Of a stretch of DNA of 24,931 nucleotides, positions 22,270-24,931 are shown in pieces. The notes under the pieces were generated by a model. It was not told where the DNA came from, ran no database searches, and saw only the letters and a program-made list of their open reading frames with translations. This stretch comes from Chloroflexota bacterium (lineage in GTDB: Bacteria > Chloroflexota > UBA5177). The translations under genes and the position numbers were made by a program. The stretch's first letter is position 1. Every line of letters begins with the position of its first letter. The DNA is taken from positions 1-24,931 of the forward strand of contig DASVZE010000195.1 of the NCBI GenBank assembly GCA_036391775.1, read 5' to 3'.

Positions 22270-24072
22270 TTACGGCTGCCCGGTGGGTTGCGGCGTTGCC
22301 ATTACCTCAGTGATGGTCGGCGTTGGAGATGGGGTAGAAGTCGGAAGTACCAGCTCTCTACGCCTCGGCACCGGTCGTTTCGAGCTGTGCTTAACCGGTG
22401 ACGGCCGTATCGCCCATGCAGCATGATTGACGACGACCTTACGCCGACCTACTGGTGGGCGTCGGATTATCCGTACCCTCCGCGCCGCTGAACGCGTGAC
22501 ACGGGGCACAGGGGTCGCCGGCGGGGCGAAGTGTAAAAGGGGACCGGGCGGGATACGTGGCGCCAGCGACGGAGAAGAAAGCATATACACTGGGGACCCA
22601 TCAGCCGGTAGGTTGATCACGGCCCAGCCGTCTCGAACGTCTACGGAAGAAATGACATTACCCATCGAATCCAGTTCAACGGCCGACCCGGCAGACCATC
22701 CCACTCCGACCCCGGATGCGCCGTAACCCGTCGTCCATGCCACGACCGCCGGCCCACGAGACGTACTGAATCGCAGGGCATAATCGCCGTCCTGGCCCGC
22801 GGATTCCGCGCCGGTAAAGCGCGCGCCGGCGAGAAGGCGGGCAAGGAAGCCGTAAGCGGCGAAAGCAGGCTTTCCGGAAAGATCGTAACGGAGCAAGCCA
22901 AAGTGTCCTTCCGGGTCTGATGCAACATGCGCATCGTCTCTCAAGTCGTACCAGAAGATACGTTGCACACCAGCGGCGGCCGACAGGGCATAGAAGCGCA
23001 ACAGATAGGAAGCCTGTTGGTCTTCACTGGTACAAACCTCACATCCGTAGCCTGCCGCCCAACCAATCTCTGTGAACCAAATCGGGCGGTGCAGGCGGCG
23101 CAGAGACGCCACTTGTTGCAACAGGTCGCTTTCGGGTTCATTTCGGTATGGATGAACCGATACAACGTCGAAGGCACGCGTTCGGGCGGCAACTGCCCGC
23201 ACGAACGGTAAGTCTACTCCACTTGTTCCGGCCATCACCACCACGTTGCGACGATCGGCTCGTTTAATCGCTCTGTAGGCAGCCGAGAGCAAAGTGGCAT
23301 AGTCGCCAGGGCTTGGAGCCGGATGCCAGTACACCAGGCGATCTGGTTCGTTCCATACCTGCCAGTATCTGATGCGGCCCCGAAAATGGCGTGCCACTGC
23401 GTAGGCGTATCGAGCGAAATCCGCGCTCAAGAGCCGAACCGCCGCATGCGGCATGGTGCCGTGATCACCGAATCGCCAGGTATTACTGTAGTCCAGAAGA
23501 CCCAGGATTTGGATTCCCGAGCGCCTCTCCAGGTTGACAACTCGATCGAACGTGGCCCAGTGATAAGGTGCATTCGGACCGCTATGTAGGCGTGTAGCAG
23601 TCAGCTCCTCGCGCACCCAGTGGGCGCCGAGGAGATTAGCGCGAGACACCATGAGGTCTGCAATATTCCAGCTTCGCTGCGTAACAAAAGCACCGACGCC
23701 AAAGATATCCCCAACGCGGTGGGGTCGAAGCACGGTCCTCTGGAGACTCATGGTCCGAGCTCGAGAATGTGCGAGTTTCTTTCTCGACTCCATACGTCGC
23801 ACTTTCGCCGCAGTCTTCTGGGCGTGATGCCGAGCAGTCGACGAAAGACGTTTGTTGCTGGACGCGTGGTGACGGGCGTTGGGCTTCAACCTGCTCCCGC
23901 GCTCGCATCGACGCACGCATCGCTCGCCGCTCTTCTTGCCCGTGTGGCTCGAGGGTAGATTCCATATCTGAGCCAGGTCACGAAATGTCACCTGGCCCTG
24001 GCGGGTAGCGGTCGCGGGCGGCGCCCACGACAGCATCCACAGCGCTATCCCAGCGGCAAACAATGCCCTCAA
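22270..24072 (-). CDS. Secreted clan GH-A glycoside hydrolase (GH5/GH39-like) with polybasic N- and C-terminal extensions
   Basis: Signal peptide. LGAHWVREE, ILGLLDYS, acid/base WQVWNEPD, VSVHPY, nucleophile IWFTEIGW and KPAFAAY. Confidence 0.88.
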   Translation of the reverse strand: MRALFAAGIALWMLSWAPPATATRQGQVTFRDLAQIWNLPSSHTGKKSGERCVRRCERGSRLKPNARHHASSNKRLSSTARHHAQKTAAKVRRMESRKKLAHSRARTMSLQRTVLRPHRVGDIFGVGAFVTQRSWNIADLMVSRANLLGAHWVREELTATRLHSGPNAPYHWATFDRVVNLERRSGIQILGLLDYSNTWRFGDHGTMPHAAVRLLSADFARYAYAVARHFRGRIRYWQVWNEPDRLVYWHPAPSPGDYATLLSAAYRAIKRADRRNVVVMAGTSGVDLPFVRAVAARTRAFDVVSVHPYRNEPESDLLQQVASLRRLHRPIWFTEIGWAAGYGCEVCTSEDQQASYLLRFYALSAAAGVQRIFWYDLRDDAHVASDPEGHFGLLRYDLSGKPAFAAYGFLARLLAGARFTGAESAGQDGDYALRFSTSRGPAVVAWTTGYGASGVGVGWSAGSAVELDSMGNVISSVDVRDGWAVINLPADGSPVYMLSSPSLAPRIPPGPLLHFAPPATPVPRVTRSAARRVRIIRRPPVGRRKVVVNHAAWAIRPSPVKHSSKRPVPRRRELVLPTSTPSPTPTITEVMATPQPTGQP

Positions 24073-24385
24073 TCCGCCACCTCTCGTGTGTCGCTTCAGC
24101 AGAAAGGGTGGCCACAGCGTATCGTGTAAACCGCGGAAGCGTTAGCCCGCAAAAGAAGAATCTTGTCGCAGCATCCTCTGGAACTTACGGGCAGGGGCGA
24201 CGGGGTCGAAGGGAGTGCATGGATCCTATCCTCCGCTGCTCTCCATGCCACAGAGCCCAACCCGCGTCGACGACGACGCGGCGCGACGAAGAGTGTCCTA
24301 CCGGGTTATGTACGACGTGACCGAGGCACCCGCACTCCTGGTATTCTGCCGGAGAATCGGCCTCGACTCACAAAGTAGGGCGCAA

Positions 24386-24931
24386 TCAGGACGGACTGGG
24401 CGGATCCCCTGGTTGCAAACCGGCAAGCTCCTCCTCGACATCTCGATCGGCAAATTCGCTTCGTTTGTTCGTTCCAATACGAGGCACAGCCCTTGGTAGC
24501 GCCGCGTCGACTGCGCCGGCCATGGTGCGCCGCGCTCGCTCCAGCGGTCCATGATCCTGCCTGGAACGGGCATCATAACGATCGAGCATCTCCCGGAGGC
24601 TTATCGGCAATCCCTGCTCACGCGCCCAGGCGCGCAGGATATCGGTGTACACGTCACCTGCCGTTCGACCGCCTTCGGTCGAACGCAGCTTTCGGCGGCG
24701 AATCTCGGTCAGGGTGGGTAAATACTGGCTCCGGTACCAAATGCGGGCTGCTTCCGGAAGAGTTACCTCTCGCTCGAGAGAGCGCTCCAGATACAGGCGA
24801 TAGCCCTCCACGTGATGATGCAGAACGTGGTAGCGCCACGGTGCGGTAAGGCGCACTCCTTCAAGCCCGGTATAGCGCTCGAATTCTCGCCTGGCGTAGA
24901 ACGTGAGATTGACCTCCCCTTCCTTTCGTGG
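24386..24931 (-). CDS. C-terminal part of a DUF4032-like protein; 5' end lies outside the window
   Basis: The frame stays open from 24856 to the window edge (PRKEGEVNLTFYARREFERYTGLEG-VRLTAPWRY...). ARIWYRSQYLPTLTEIR...RTAGDVY resembles the WY..Y.P...I...RT..D.Y pattern I recall for DUF4032-type proteins. Confidence 0.6.
   Translation of the reverse strand, partial: PRKEGEVNLTFYARREFERYTGLEGVRLTAPWRYHVLHHHVEGYRLYLERSLEREVTLPEAARIWYRSQYLPTLTEIRRRKLRSTEGGRTAGDVYTDILRAWAREQGLPISLREMLDRYDARSRQDHGPLERARRTMAGAVDAALPRAVPRIGTNKRSEFADRDVEEELAGLQPGDPPSPS

Noticed and set aside
1-24931. CRISPR arrays, tandem repeats, IS elements and rRNA
   Set aside because: I saw no regularly spaced repeats, terminal inverted repeats, transposase motifs or rRNA signatures on reading the sequence.

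Overview
A gene-dense, fairly GC-rich bacterial chromosomal segment. The gene styles suggest a soil Chloroflexota-like organism, but this is inference. From left to right it carries: the start of a glycine cleavage operon (gcvT-gcvH-gcvPA, minus strand, gcvPA truncated by the window edge); a secreted C39-like peptidase; bcp plus an XdhC-type and a MoeA-like Moco accessory pair; small hypotheticals; thymidine kinase; a tandem PRC-barrel protein; tRNA-Ser(GGA); an SMP-30/gluconolactonase; DUF4389; HtrA; and several secreted proteins of unknown function. Next comes a tightly coupled five-gene operon of three different amide-bond ligases (circularly permuted ATP-grasp, GCS2/YbdK carboxylate-amine ligase, RimK-like ATP-grasp) and an ABC-2 exporter. 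The remainder holds a CBS protein with an ESFPASDPP tail, a nucleotidyltransferase plus metallophosphoesterase pair, DedA, DUF5522, a His-rich exported protein, a clan GH-A glycosidase with polybasic extensions, and the 3' part of a DUF4032-like gene. I saw no integrase, transposase, CRISPR array or rRNA. The two best candidates for an uncharacterised system are the three-ligase plus exporter operon (13249-18386) and the NTase/phosphoesterase pair (18959-20456). All family calls come from recognising motifs by eye; no database searches were run.
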